Assembly (NCBI GenBank): GCA_001662655.1
Contig: KV460220.1
Reading direction: 5' to 3' (one strand)
Source of the DNA: Pseudogymnoascus verrucosus
Lineage: Eukaryota
Length of the DNA: 64,000 nt
Both the position numbers and the translations under genes were made by a program. Within the stretch, counting starts at the first letter, position 1. Each line of letters begins with the position of its first letter. Positions 49,232-61,493 of this stretch are shown piece by piece. The notes under the pieces are model-generated. The model made no database searches and was not told the DNA's origin. It saw only the letters and a program-made list of their open reading frames with translations.

Positions 49232-50054
49232 CCCTCCCTTAACGTCACAAGAGTCCCACATCCAGGGCGAATGCCAACCTACTAGAAAGAAGCCCAGGCG
49301 GAGAATCCCATATACGCACTAGAAAAAGGATCCTTTCGGGGAAGGGGGAGAGAGGGGAGAGGGGAGAGGGGAGAGAAGATCACGGTGTCCGTGTATGTGC
49401 GTGTGTGTATGTATCTTTTCCCACTGCTGGTGGCTAGGTGTGTATGTGTGTGCTAGGCGTTTGTCTGTCTCTTGGTTGTGGTGCCTGAATCAATTAACGA
49501 TTGACCGTCATCTCCCGGAAACCCTCCCGGACCCATCCGACCGCTCTTCCCTGCCATTCTTCTGCCACACCAAAACCAAAAAGATACATAGAGCCTCGGA
49601 ACGTCACATACAGCCGCTAGCGCTCCATCTGGAACTTCCCTCGGCCCCGCAAACGTCCAGCCCATTGGGCCAGGTGGAACAGGGCAAAAAAGAAAAGGTA
49701 CGTATCGTCGGTACTGGGGTGGAAGTACTCCGACGGGTAAAACAGGTGTAAAGTAACTTTGCAGACACATGGTGAGTAGGTGTGTGCGGATGTACTGTTA
49801 CGAGTACGAAATCGGTGTACATAACATCGCGCGGCCGATCTTTTTCCCCAAATCCCCAAATCTCGGGGTCCTGCGTGGGTGGGAAGTTCCTACCGCGTTT
49901 GTCTTTGTCTCGTCCGGCACACACATCACACACACACACCACCACAGAGCAGAGTAAAGTACAACCACCACCAGCCAACTGACAACCCAAATGCGTGTAC
50001 TCTAACCAAAATCCTATACTCGACTACTCACTGACATATGCGTGTATATCAATC

Positions 50055-50093
50055 TCCAATCTGCAATCTGCAATCTGCAATCTGCAATCTGCA
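50055..50093. repeat. 7-bp tandem repeat (CAATCTG) x5
   Basis: caatctgcaatctgcaatctgcaatctgcaatctgca seen directly. Confidence 0.85.
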
Positions 50094-51644
50094 TGCATAC
50101 ACGTACACTCTCCTGCGCCGGGCTCTCCCATCCCCCATCCGCCCTGCCTTGCACGACTCACCCAAAGCAAACCAAGCTTTCCCCTGCGCAGCGTGCATGT
50201 TCTTCCCCAGAATAACAGAAACAGCATAATACCATCTATACCATAATTGAACCGTACCGCGGCAGGAACCTCAATTCATCAGTGCATGACCAGTCAGTCA
50301 GTCCGCCATTCCCCGCCGCCTCGCGTCCCCCGGCCTTCTTCGCCACCACCGCCGCGCCGCGGCAACTCTTCACATGATCCCATGGCAAACTATGCCGTAT
50401 TCATACTGCCGTATCTTATAACCGTGAAAATCACGGCAATTCGTAAACACACGGCAATGCGCAATTGGGAATAGGCAATTAATGGCAATGTCTCGCCGCC
50501 CGGACGCAGCACACACGACTCGCCTCCCCGCCCGTCGTCGTCAACTTCATCCCTCGTCAACATCTATCTATCCCCAAAGGCGTAATTCCAATCACCCCCT
50601 CCCCCTCCTTCCCAAAAAAGCAAAAAAGGTAATAACCCAATTAACAATTAACAATTAACCACCACCCTAATCTCACACACCACCCATCCATCTACCCAAT
50701 TCCCACGCCCCCGGAACCCCCTACTACCCTACTACCACCATACCCACCATCCCATACAGCCAACCCCACACACACAAACACACACACGCCGCCCCAATCG
50801 GGCCTCCTCGCCCGCCACGGCCACCGCGGCCACACTCCCCGATCTCCGCGGTGTCCGTGCTAGGGCCAGGAATCCGGACGGTGGGCTTCGCCCCCCTGCG
50901 TGAGAGATCTTTGGGTTCGGAGGATGGGCGAGGGTGTGTGTGTGTGGGCTGGTGGCGGAGGGGGGCGGCTGGTGTCTCGCGGAGTTGCGTACGTGCGAGG
51001 GAGGGATGGCGGCAGAAGGGGGGGAGGTCAGGTGGTGGGATGGGTTGTTTACTTACCCCTTTCTCGTGTGGGGTATACTACTGAGCGTGGATGAGGGAGT
51101 TGAGTTGGGGAGAATTAGGGGAATTAGCAGAGGGGAATTAGGCAGCATGGTGTGCTTCAAGACGTGCTCTACTCCCCATCCACCTACCCTCAAAAATTCT
51201 CCCTCCCCTTTCTCTCGTGACAAAAAAAAAAAAAACACGACTCCATCCCCATCCCCATCCCCTTTCCCTCCCTCCGCCTCACTCCCTCCCCACATCGCCG
51301 CCCCTGTGGCGTCATAACGTCCGCCTCCCCAAACGGGCCTTTGCCGCCCCACACTCACGCACCTCATTGGACATCTCGGCGCATTGACGAACAAGGGTAC
51401 GCGGTGGTCACGGGGTTCTGTCGCGGTGGGGGGGTGGCGGGAACACGTGCTTGATGGACCCCTGGTTGCTGGTGTGGGTATTGGATTGGATTGGGTAGGG
51501 GTTCGCGGTCGCGGTTCCTGGTTCCGCGGTCGGATGGGATAGGGAAGGGGGAAAGAGTCAGTTTGCGAGGTGTCAGATGTGCCGAGATTGTGAGCCCGAT
51601 GAGGGATGGGAGGTTGGTGGGAAGTGTACTGGGCGGTGCGGTAG

Positions 51645-51668
51645 GGTGGTGGTGGTGGTGGTGGTGGT
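51645..51668. repeat. (GGT)n microsatellite
   Basis: ggtggtggtggtggtggtggtggt seen directly. Confidence 0.85.
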
Positions 51669-54600
51669 ATGGTCCAGAACAGTAAAGCCAGCTGTGATGC
51701 GGCTGTGATGCGAGTTTCCGATGCGTGCGAGACTGTCTACTACGGTATGTAGATGAGCTGTCGCTATCCGCACCGCTACAGTACGATCGATCTGAGCTGA
51801 GACGCTTCATATCCGCTTCCAGTGCCGCACAGCACATCACATAACCAGCACATCACATCACATACAGTACAGTACAGTAGCGTATTCCCATATCGTAAAC
51901 TCGTCCATCATCACACCATCTGCCATCGTACTCCCCCCCAAACCGATCAATCACTCTCCCTCCCCCACGCCGCCCAAACACCCGGGTCCATCTCCCCGAC
52001 CACACAGCGCAAGGAATAACCCCCTCCGCACCCGACTGGGCGGTCGCACGGAGGTGCGCGGCCAATTGCTTTCCAGCGCGGAGACGGGAGACAGGTCCCG
52101 GCGTGGGGGCTGCGGGAGGGAGGGACGGGGTGTGGTGCAGGCGATGAGTCGCTCGCATCGGTGGTGGTGTGTGTGTGTGTGCATGTCTCATCTGGACTTT
52201 TTGTAGTCGTCCCATCTTGGTTTGTCTCTGTTTCGACACTGCAATGCTAGTTACTGGATAGGGAGTAGCTGGGGGATGCGAGGGAAAGGGGGGGGTGATT
52301 GATGCACTGGGGGTGGAGATGGGGGATGATGGGGAGGATCCGGTTTACTGGGTATGCATAGATGGATGGATGGATATTGATGTACATACGCACATAATAC
52401 CGACACTCCCATCAACTGCAGCAGCTGGGGAAAGGGGTGAAGTGGAGAAAAAGGGCCCATCTGGCCGCCGAAACGCAGGTTTACGATTCAGCATCACTGC
52501 ACCACCACTGCACCCCGTACGCTTGTACAGCACAGTAACTCTATACAGCACAGTACTGTATGTACGATCCTCCCCAAACGTCCTGCACCCCTTACAAAGC
52601 CAGCTGAATCCCCCCCTATGACTCGTACGCACCTGCACGCAACGGTAAGAAAGGTAAGGTACCACGACATCCCAGTGGCGGCGATCGCGACGGCTGCGCG
52701 GCGGCGGGCTGTCTGCCTGCGGCGGGGATACTGGTGGGACGGTGAGGGGAGGCGGCGGGGTGCCGATAGGGCCGCGGGGATCAGGTGGGTGTTCAGCTGG
52801 TTGCGAGAGGAAGGGGGGGATGCTGTGGTACTGTAAGTAGGACGGAGGGGGATTGGGGGGGTTGTACGTGGGCTGGGTGTTGGTCGCTTGGGGGGTTTGT
52901 GGAAGGGAGGTTTTGGGGAGCGTGCTGTGTTGGGGGAGGGTGAGTGGTTGATGGGGGGAGTGACTTGGGGTTTGTGGTGCAGGATAAGCAATGTGAGGCG
53001 TGAGATGTGAGTCCTCCTCTTCTCGTCACCACGACGTATAGAGTGAGTAAGTCGTTGAACCCCCACCGTTTATCATCCATCTACCACCCAGGTTCTGAGA
53101 ATAAGAAGACTCCCAAAAAAGAAACTAAAGAAACCCCTAAATACAACGAGTAAGTCTTACAATACAATCCCAATATCTCGGAAATAATAAAAATACAAAC
53201 GCATATTCGAATATATATATATATATTATTTTTATTATTCAAATTTATATCCATCCACCCCCTTCCTTCCTTCCCGTCACCCTTTTCTCCTTCACACCCC
53301 CCCATACTCCTTTCTCCTTTCCACCTTCTCATTTGGAATCCCCCCATCAAGCCCGCAAACATCGTCACCCAAACTAGTATCACCACCCCCCATCACACCC
53401 CCCACCCCTCTCCTCACATATCAACATATCATATCACTCCCGTCCTCCCTCCCGTCCGCCCAGCACGCAACCGCTCACCCCCATCCCCCTTCCCAAACAG
53501 TACACCTCCTCCTCCTCCTTACACCACACCACAACCTCACACAAAGCACACCACACACCATCACACACCATCACACACCCTCAAGCCACCACCCACGGCG
53601 CCAACACATCCCGTCTCCCCGGCCCGCCACCGGGAAGCAGGTCACGCGCTTCCTCGCGCCTACGTGAGACACTGTGCGCTGGCACCCGTTGTCGCGGGGT
53701 CCCCCCTTCGGCGATGGTGGGTGTTGGTGTGGTGGTGGTGGTGGGTGGTGTGAGCGCCTAGCGGGTAAGCGAGCGTGGGGTTGGTTTGACAGGTGCGGGA
53801 GGGAGGGAAGTGGGTGTGTGGTGTGTGGTGGGGCACGATGACAGTGTGAGTGCGCTGATGGCGGAGGAGTGATAATGAATAATCGGTTTGTGGGGTTTAT
53901 CTAGAAGGATACGAGTTCGGGGAATTTAGAGTACGCTGGAATGTGAGAGATGAGAGTGAGAAGGGTGGGGAGGATGTAAGGAGGATTAGTGAGGATGATG
54001 ATGCTGCTGTGCGACTGTACGGATTACTTTATGATTACCACATCCGTATATGAGTTGGGGCTGCGATAATAACTCGATAATACCCTCGAATCTCCCCATT
54101 CGGGCACCAACCTTCACCCTCGCAGGTACGCCGCAGTACACGCCTCTACATCCCCTCTACTTGCCCAACGATGATAAGAGTCAGCTCTGCAGACAAGGCG
54201 CACCACGACACGAAGCGCTGAGGTCAGACGGGTAGATGGAGGCGCCGCCGCCTCGGCCATCGCGCGCCATCACCTCGCAACTCTATTCCGACCATCCATT
54301 CATCAACGTCTGATGTGCGCGTTCCCGGTCGCTGGGCGCTTCCATCTTGCCCACGCCCTCACTTGACTGCCTGTTAGCATCCGGAGCATCAGCGCCGGGG
54401 TGGCATTCGAGGCGCCGAGGCTGCGGCGCGTCCCTTCCGTAGCCAGGCTGGGGACGTCGTGTGAGCGGCGGCTGCTGCGCTGGCAGCTCGACGTCTGCTG
54501 CCTGGGGATTAGGATCAACAGCAGAAGGCACGCGACGCCTACATGGCATGGCGGCGACAGGCTCGGGATAATCTGATCGTAGAGAAAGGACACGCGAGCG

Positions 54601-57600
54601 GATGTCAGGTAAGCCAGCACCAGACGAAGCGGTGTCTCCGCTGGGCCGCTGCTGCTGGGGCGCAAGTCATCGCACGCATAGCATCGCGTCTGGGCGATGG
54701 AGGGTATCGTGGGCTGGGGTTGGGGTTGGGGGCTGAAATGAATGCAGGGAGCCCACGCACGGCAGTCAGCTGTACGATTGCGGCCGGCAGAATGGGTAAA
54801 GTTCCGCGATTGGGGCCAGAAATAGAATATGTTGGGGTAGGAAGCGATGGATGGGGGGGTATATTTGGGAGTTGGATATACAGGATCTAGATGCCTCGTG
54901 AGGAGCGCGAGGGACGTGTTATTTTCCCGATGGATCGCCGAGGGGGGTGATGCGAGGAATGCTGCCATTCATGCGGGCGTTTTTCTTTGTTGGTGACGAC
55001 AGATGATGGGGGCCTGGATTGGTGATGGGGGAGAAAGGGGAAAGGGGGTCAGGAAGAGGAGATGGAATGAGGAATGTGAAAGGAGGTGATCGGGATTGTG
55101 ACGATGGCTCCTTCTGACACGCCAGCGTCGTCACGTTGACAAAGCCTGTCCAATCTGAAGCTCGCTGTACGCGAGTCACCTCCCAAGCGCAGACCCAGCG
55201 CTGTGGCATCAGCGAGCGTCGCGCCCTCTCAGCGTCACAGCCACGACTCCCAACACTGAAACCACATTTTGTCAATAACGAATAATAACAAATAACAACG
55301 ACGACAATATCTAAGCCCCCAAAATAAATTATCCAGTCGTAAAAAAGCAAAACATGAGTCAACCAATGCGATTATTATTCCCAATAAACACAATTACTGC
55401 ATTCGGAAACTCCTCCATTGATCTGTCGCCCAACGACCTTGTAATCTTACCTCCTCCTTACCTTGTATACATTTTACCCCACGACAACCCACGGCCAACC
55501 CACGGCCACCCACGGTCCCCCCCAAAATAGAGAAAATAGCGACCAGAACATGTCACTGCCACAGTTCAAAACGCAGGTAAGGCTGAGCGTATGGCTGAGC
55601 GTCACCCCACGCACAGATAGCCCCTCCAAGCCAGCGTCTCACAACCCACCACCTGACCATCACAGCGGCGTCAAAGAGGAGACCCTCGGTGCATTCTCGC
55701 CCTGTGCGCTCAATGCCATTGCATGCCACTCCAGCGTTCCCACCCTATCACCCCGCACGCCCAGCGACGTCTGCCTTGCGTTGGTGCGCTGCACTGCGAC
55801 AGCGCACAGAGACAGGGCCTGACAAACTCGACTTGGAAGGCGCTGGGATCATGTCTGTCTGGTGTCTGATCCCAGAATGCAGGGCGCGAAGGGCTCGCCA
55901 CTGCGGAGTCGCAGCACAGGGACGGCGCGTGATGGCGACATTTCCCTCAAGTACTGACTGTATTACTGTATTTGTAGAGTATGTACAATACATAATACAT
56001 GCTATATATTGCGGAACGAATAGAATGATACGGGACGAATAGCGGACGGGGTTTGAGCGACGGCACGGGTCGCGCCCGCCACGCTCTGGTCTTGTGTTTT
56101 GCCGATGTTGGTTGGATTGAGCAATTTGATCCCGTACGTGTACGTGTTACTCTACTGGTGTGTGGGGGAAATTGGGGGCCCACGGACGGACCGAACGCGA
56201 GCGCCGCCCCGTCCGATCGAAAGTACGGGGAAAGGGAGGAAGCAAGGAGGAATTGTCACGCGGCGACACAAGTGGAGCACAGATGGGGGTGCGATTTGCG
56301 TAAAGATCCTAGAGGGGGAGAACGCGTGATGTGATAGTGACTGTGATGGGAGGATAATAGGTTGGTGATGGGAATTAAATGGCCCGAAAAGAAAATTGAA
56401 TTAAATTCGTTAATTGATGGGAAATTATAATTACCTGAATTGATTTTATTTTATTTTTTAAATGCAGCCGGCCTTCCTCTTCGGATAATTATCGTGGCAT
56501 GAGGCTTGTTGTACGATCAATCAATCTACCAACAAGCCACCTACTTTCGATCTCGGCCTGGGTTTCTCCAGGGACGTCCTTCCAGATGCGTACTTTGCAC
56601 GTCCATAGCACCTACCTAACCACAAACGCGCGGCGTCTCTCCCTTCCCCAACATAACCTCTGAGTTGGAAGTTCCGACCACCAATCCGTCTCGGGGCATC
56701 CCTCCGCAGTCGCAGCCAAGCTTTGAAAAGACGTTGTTGGACCCTCATACTGTATTCTCCGACTCACGTGGCGGCGGCGGCTAAATTAACACCTTTGTCG
56801 ACCAAGCTTTTAGACGGACCAGGTAGATTAAGGGTCATGTCACGGGAGGTGGGAGCTTTTCCCTTTCATCTATCTGTGTGTACTGGGAAGCGTGATGTGC
56901 AGTGTTTGGGAAGTATGAGGGCATGGAAAAGGAGACAGTGGTGATGATCTCGGCACAGAAGGACAGAGATCCCACGGCTCAATGAATGGGAGCTCTGAAG
57001 CGACCGCTGCAGAATCTGCAACACAGGGCTCTCGGCGATCCACGGCACCAACTGCCCAGCTTGTCAGAATACCACCTCACACCCCTAGCCGTGCAATAGC
57101 TAGGCTCTCTCATGCCACCAAGCCAACTGCTACGCTGCTACGCTACCGCATCACCCGCATCACCACCGTTTCGCGAGCCGCATCCAATCTGAGCGCATCG
57201 CCGGGCCGCTGCATCGCCTCCCGCTCTCAACGCATGAAATCTCGCCGCATCACGTTGTGCCTATTTTACGAGATTAGGGCTCGGGTGATACTGTTGGAGC
57301 TGGGGGCGGCGGCGCTCAGATGAGATGAACGGCGTCGTGGACCATGCGTTGACCAGGTTGTGTGGGCCAGGGGCCAGGTTTGAAGGAGTGCTCCTTTGGG
57401 TTTATTTGGAGAATGTTGGAGAGACGGATATTTCGAAAATGGGTTACTACTTTGGGACGTTTGGGGTCTGGGATTAAATGGCCTGGATTAATTTGGATGG
57501 GATCGTTGCTCATGTGGGCATTCCTATGATTGCGATGCTCGAGAGGGCTGCTTGTCTTGGGAGCAATATATTGCTCCTACCTGCCACATGGCATGGTCCG

Positions 57601-59625
57601 GGACAGGAAGGCGGAGGAAGGTAAGGTCATGCATGGGCTTTCTTTCTTCGCAATCAAAAAGCCCCATCCCTTCACGTCTCCACCATCTCCACAATCTACT
57701 CTCCCCATCTTTCTAGAAACATTCCGAGTCTTCTTTCCATTTATCCCAGAGCTCCCTAGGCTCTTGGCTCTACTAATTCATCCACCCGACACCTCCTTGC
57801 ATTCAGCCTGTACGCTGAACCAGACCACCGGGCTCTTCTTCCACACCCTCAAAAATCGTCGCCGGCCCACCTTCCCATTTTTCCGTCCGCATAAGACCCG
57901 AAGCCTAACGGTGAGACAAGCACTCTATTCTTCTTCACCGCTATTGTTAGTACGACACCATCTTCAAAACTTCCAAAAACTTAAGAAAAGCACGCGCTTA
58001 AGCGCCTCGCGGCAAACGTCTGCATACCATGCATGGCCCCTCCGGAACAACTCTTCCCGCTCCGCGCTCTCCATCTGTAACGGAGTAACTCTCCGACCAG
58101 CCAAACCACCCATGCCAAGCACTATCTCCCCTCCGTATGGTTACATTCCAGAGTACCGCCGCCATAATCCCACGTCCCCCCACTTATCTCTCCGAGATCC
58201 CCGATCCGGGAATCCGTCTGCACATCCCCCTGGTCAGCAGCAATGCAACCCATTCGTCGCGCACGGCCGGCAAGGGTGTCCGTCCACCAGATAGGCCGGC
58301 GCCGGCGCAGCCTCGCAACACGTGGGCGCAGGGCCGCGCCGTGGCACGGATCGGAGGATTCCGGTCCGCGAGCATGTGGCGGCGCCCGCTGGCCGGAGTG
58401 AGGGCGGAGGGAGGGGGATAGATAGAGACGCATGGCTTATTGATCACGCAACGGCAAGCCACCACCACCCCCTCGTCTCTCTGCCGCACGCAAGCAATAC
58501 TGTTTTCGTAATCCGGCCATCAGCCACCAGGTGTAAAGTCACCGATTCGCTGTCGCGGGTCTGGGCGAATCCTTCGGTGCTACTGTCGCGATGTGTGAGG
58601 GCACGAGCGTTGGGCAGGCGGACCCGGGAGATGCAGCGAAGAGGTGCTGGGGGGGAGCTAGAAGGTTTGGAAGGTGCTGGGCAGGTGGAAAATTGGGGGG
58701 GAGGTGCGTGCGTTGGGGGGAGGTTGGGGGGTCTGGAGCGTTTCTGGGGGGCTGCGTTGGTCGGAAAATTGGGCTTGGAAGCTTCCCCGGAGTGGACCCG
58801 GGGGAGGTTTGGAGTTGGTTTTGGTCTGCTGGTTTGGTTTGATGGGAGCTTCCTTCCTGTGCTGGATGGGGGGAGAGGGAAGGACTGAGCGGCAGGGGAG
58901 CAACGTTGCAGGGTGGGTACCTCCCAGGAGGTATCAGACGACGTGATCCTTCCCTTATTTCCTTTTTGCTTGCTGACGATTTCGCGGCCCGGATAGGAAG
59001 GTTAAATTCGGGGCAGCGGGACGCTTGGATACCGCAGAAGATACCCGTTGAAAGGCGCGATGCCGATAAGATGCCCGATAGGCGGAGATATTGGGTGTTA
59101 CAGCTCCATCAACGTTCCAATTGAAATGGCGGTGACGGGGGGGCTGGAGTTCTGTGGTTGTCGTAGTTGTCCCTGCATCTGCTCTCCGTCCCGCCCGCTG
59201 TGATGATGAGATGTCAGTGCATCAAGTGAAGCCACAACATGGAATGCCTAACAGATCCTCCGTGTTTGATTATAATTATACGAAATTAATGGGAGCTGTG
59301 GGCTTATTATTATTATTCCCATTTAATTTACTTATTTTATTCACCAGATTTAAATAATAAATCTAATAATTAGTTTCGGAGAAATGTGATAATCTATATT
59401 TGCATAAATGAACAGATAGTAACCCAGCCAACATTTTATTTTTGACTCACCCCAACATAATGCAGTTGTAGGAATGCTCATACAACAGTAGCAATGGGAT
59501 ATTGCTTCTAAATACTGTTAGCCAATGTGGAGTCTCCGAGAAATTTTCCTTGAGTTCCTCTAAGAGTCTGACTCGGCATTAGAATTTGCTTGATATTTTA
59601 TATATGGTTTGTGATTAGCCTTTCA

Positions 59626-60301
59626 ATGTCTCAGCCTCACATAACTCTTACCGTTAATGCAGAGTACCATTTGCTGAAAATTTACATAAGAGAACGTCTA
59701 GAGATTATTATTAATATGAAGAGCTGACTGCACTTATGCGGGGTTGAAGGAGTGATACATACGTCCAAAGGGAATATATTCGGCTGGAGCGACTATGCCG
59801 ATGTTACACTTCAGCTAAGAACTGGCGTTCCAAGTGGTATAAAGTTATCCAGAGAGCATTAAGGAACGTCCTGCTCTCAGCACTGTCTTTTCGTATAGGC
59901 GACGTAATACTAGATAGACTGGGCGATGAGAAATATCTGTTTACATTCTACGATGACGTTGTGATAGAGCTCATCAACGAGAAAAGTCTTGAGAACCTCG
60001 TTGATTTGAAACGAAAAGAGGATGGGGTAAGTTGCACACAACTAAATATTATATAATAACTAACATATGACGGAAATCCGACAAGAAGGTCCGGGTAGTC
60101 TTCTTTCGGCGCCTACAGTCATGAGAGGACAACCATTTATGCGTGATCAAATGGATCCTCATATCTGCTCTTCGCCTAGGGGCCTTGAAAGAGAAGAGCC
60201 TCAAGGAGGTCCTTGCTGCAACTGCAGCCCGTCGAGACAAGAACTATCGCATCTCTCTACCGTCGTATTCTCACCACCACTGGCCATCTCACTGTCGCTA
60301 G
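59626..60301 (+). pseudogene. Degenerate fungal tyrosine-recombinase-like (DNA breaking-rejoining) gene relic
   Basis: Open frame 59751-60026 (..LERLCRCY..WYKVIQRALRNVLLSALSFRIGDV..), canonical intron 60027-60085, then KVRVVFFRRLQS*EDNHLCVIKWILISALRLGALKEKSLKEVLAATAARRDK with an in-frame TGA at 60122-60124, then degeneration. The 5' boundary is uncertain. Confidence 0.5.
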
Positions 60302-61493
60302 ACGTTCTCGCCACCGACTGTTCTCGTCGTCGTCGGATGGCCACTCGGAGATTTTCTGGGGTCTAGAGCTATCTTTCTTTTGGATGAAGCTGGACTACTT
60401 CAAGCAAATTGCATCACAATTACCTTTCCTACAATATCGCATATTCCATTTGTGCTTTGTTGCAATTGGCCCAGCGGCGGGCTTAGTGTGGTTTGGGCTT
60501 GTGGTTTGGGCTCAAGGAATGCCAACTTTCGAATAACTACGAACTCAAAAGTTTAGATCGCAATACGCTAATACAGTATTACTCATATCATCATCAAGTA
60601 AGAAGCTGGCTTATTTTTTTCTCATATCAAAATATCCATATGCCCTCCCAGCAGCGGTTAAATACCCCTAATTACCCGCCCCCCAACCGACACCCCACGT
60701 CTCTGCCCCCCATAGCCGCCCCTTTGCCGCCACGCCTGGAACATTTACACCACAATACGACGCTACCGCTCAATCGCAAGCCTTACCACCTAACGGCCTC
60801 TCTTGGCACATCTCATGTCGCACAGCCTTGAGATAAAGCTCCGGTTTAGGTGCCATGACCGGCGCGACGCTCAGAGCCGAGGGTATGGAGTAGATGAGGT
60901 CAACCGCGGTTGAGAAGCGGGTATACGTGAAGGGTGTCGCCTGTGTTGCAACCTCCAACATCGGTTCGAGCGGGGAGATGGTTCCGGTGGCGATGCCGGC
61001 GCTGGGGGTGTGGTTGTGCGATATGGGTGTTTCGGAGTGTTGGATGCGGTCTCCAACCGGAGGCCAATGTGAAGCCTGCTGTTGGAGGCTGCTGTTGGAG
61101 GCTGTAGAGTTTTGCTGAATAGGAATGTGGGCGAAGGGTGGTGCGTTGGGGTTTGCTGACAGTCGAATAGGAATGGTCACTCGAGTGGGAACTTCTGGGG
61201 ATGGGAGCGAGGAATCGACAGGTCAGTGGGTTTGAATACGATATGAGTTGTTGAGGCTATCTATATGCTATCACTTGTATCTAATCTGTCTCTGGGCCGC
61301 ATGGCAAGCTATACGCTGCAAATAACTCCAATTTTCAAGCCTGCTTCCTCTATATCTGCTTTGATAGTTAGTATGAGCTAAGAACATTAGTCTGGACTCC
61401 TGCCATAGCAAATTGTTCAAAATAGCAAAAATCGCGCAAAATCATCCTCCAATCCGTCACCGACCTAGCAATTTTAACAATTTTGGTCTCAAA

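Noticed and set aside
54303..58888. ORFs 54303-54968, 57530-58294 and 58322-58888
   Set aside because: No motifs, and GC-rich DNA readily yields such ORFs. An lncRNA or small gene cannot be excluded.
60770..61180. 136-aa ORF on the minus strand
   Set aside because: Non-ATG start and no recognisable domain. It could be a fragment but I cannot support it.
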